Assembly (NCBI GenBank): GCA_049472335.1
Contig: JBLIRO010000020.1
Span: 1 to 64,000, forward strand
DNA: 64,000 bases
Source: a bacterium
GTDB lineage: Bacteria > SZUA-182 > DTGQ01 > JAFGSM01
Direction of reading: 5' to 3'
In this document: one piece after another, positions 63,984 through 64,000 of the stretch
Numbering within the stretch: the stretch's first letter is position 1
How the letters are laid out: every line of letters begins with the position of its first letter
The notes under the pieces: generated by a model
What the model was told of the DNA's origin: nothing
What the model saw: the letters and a program-made list of their open reading frames with translations, nothing else
The model's database searches: none
Program-made: the position numbers and the translations under genes

Positions 63984-64000
63984 AATTATTATCTTCTCCT

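Overview
Origin-proximal chromosomal window of an AT-rich diderm bacterium, probably anaerobic and deltaproteobacteria-like (inferred from gene content only). It opens with DnaA boxes, then dnaA-gyrB-gyrA (no dnaN/recF), serS and two tRNA-Ser genes. Housekeeping blocks follow: gmhA-tlyA, ftsY-ribD-ribE-ribBA-ribH-nusB, dacB, mnmA, yicC-remA-gmk-rpoZ-coaBC and an NFACT/RqcH gene, plus several two-component and sigma54 signalling genes. Four accessory features stand out. (1) A decaying integron cassette array without an integrase at about 32.7-36.5 kb (CALIN), whose reciprocal R'/R'' boxes delimit a broken response-regulator cassette, a trypsin-like protease cassette and a hicBA cassette. (2) A three-gene operon of cytochrome b + RnfC + RnfD lacking rnfG/E/A/B. 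(3) A secreted GLYGLG-repeat protein gene behind a sigma54-type promoter, whose frame continues through a TAG and a TGA to a terminator. (4) A putative extracellular electron-transfer island at 50-64 kb: NHL propeller, 14-heme cytochrome, NHL propeller, 24-heme cytochrome, then two large Ig/propeller surface proteins with aromatic low-complexity tails. Both cytochromes look like concatemers of OmcE-like tetraheme modules. All family calls are by eye from motifs; no searches were run.
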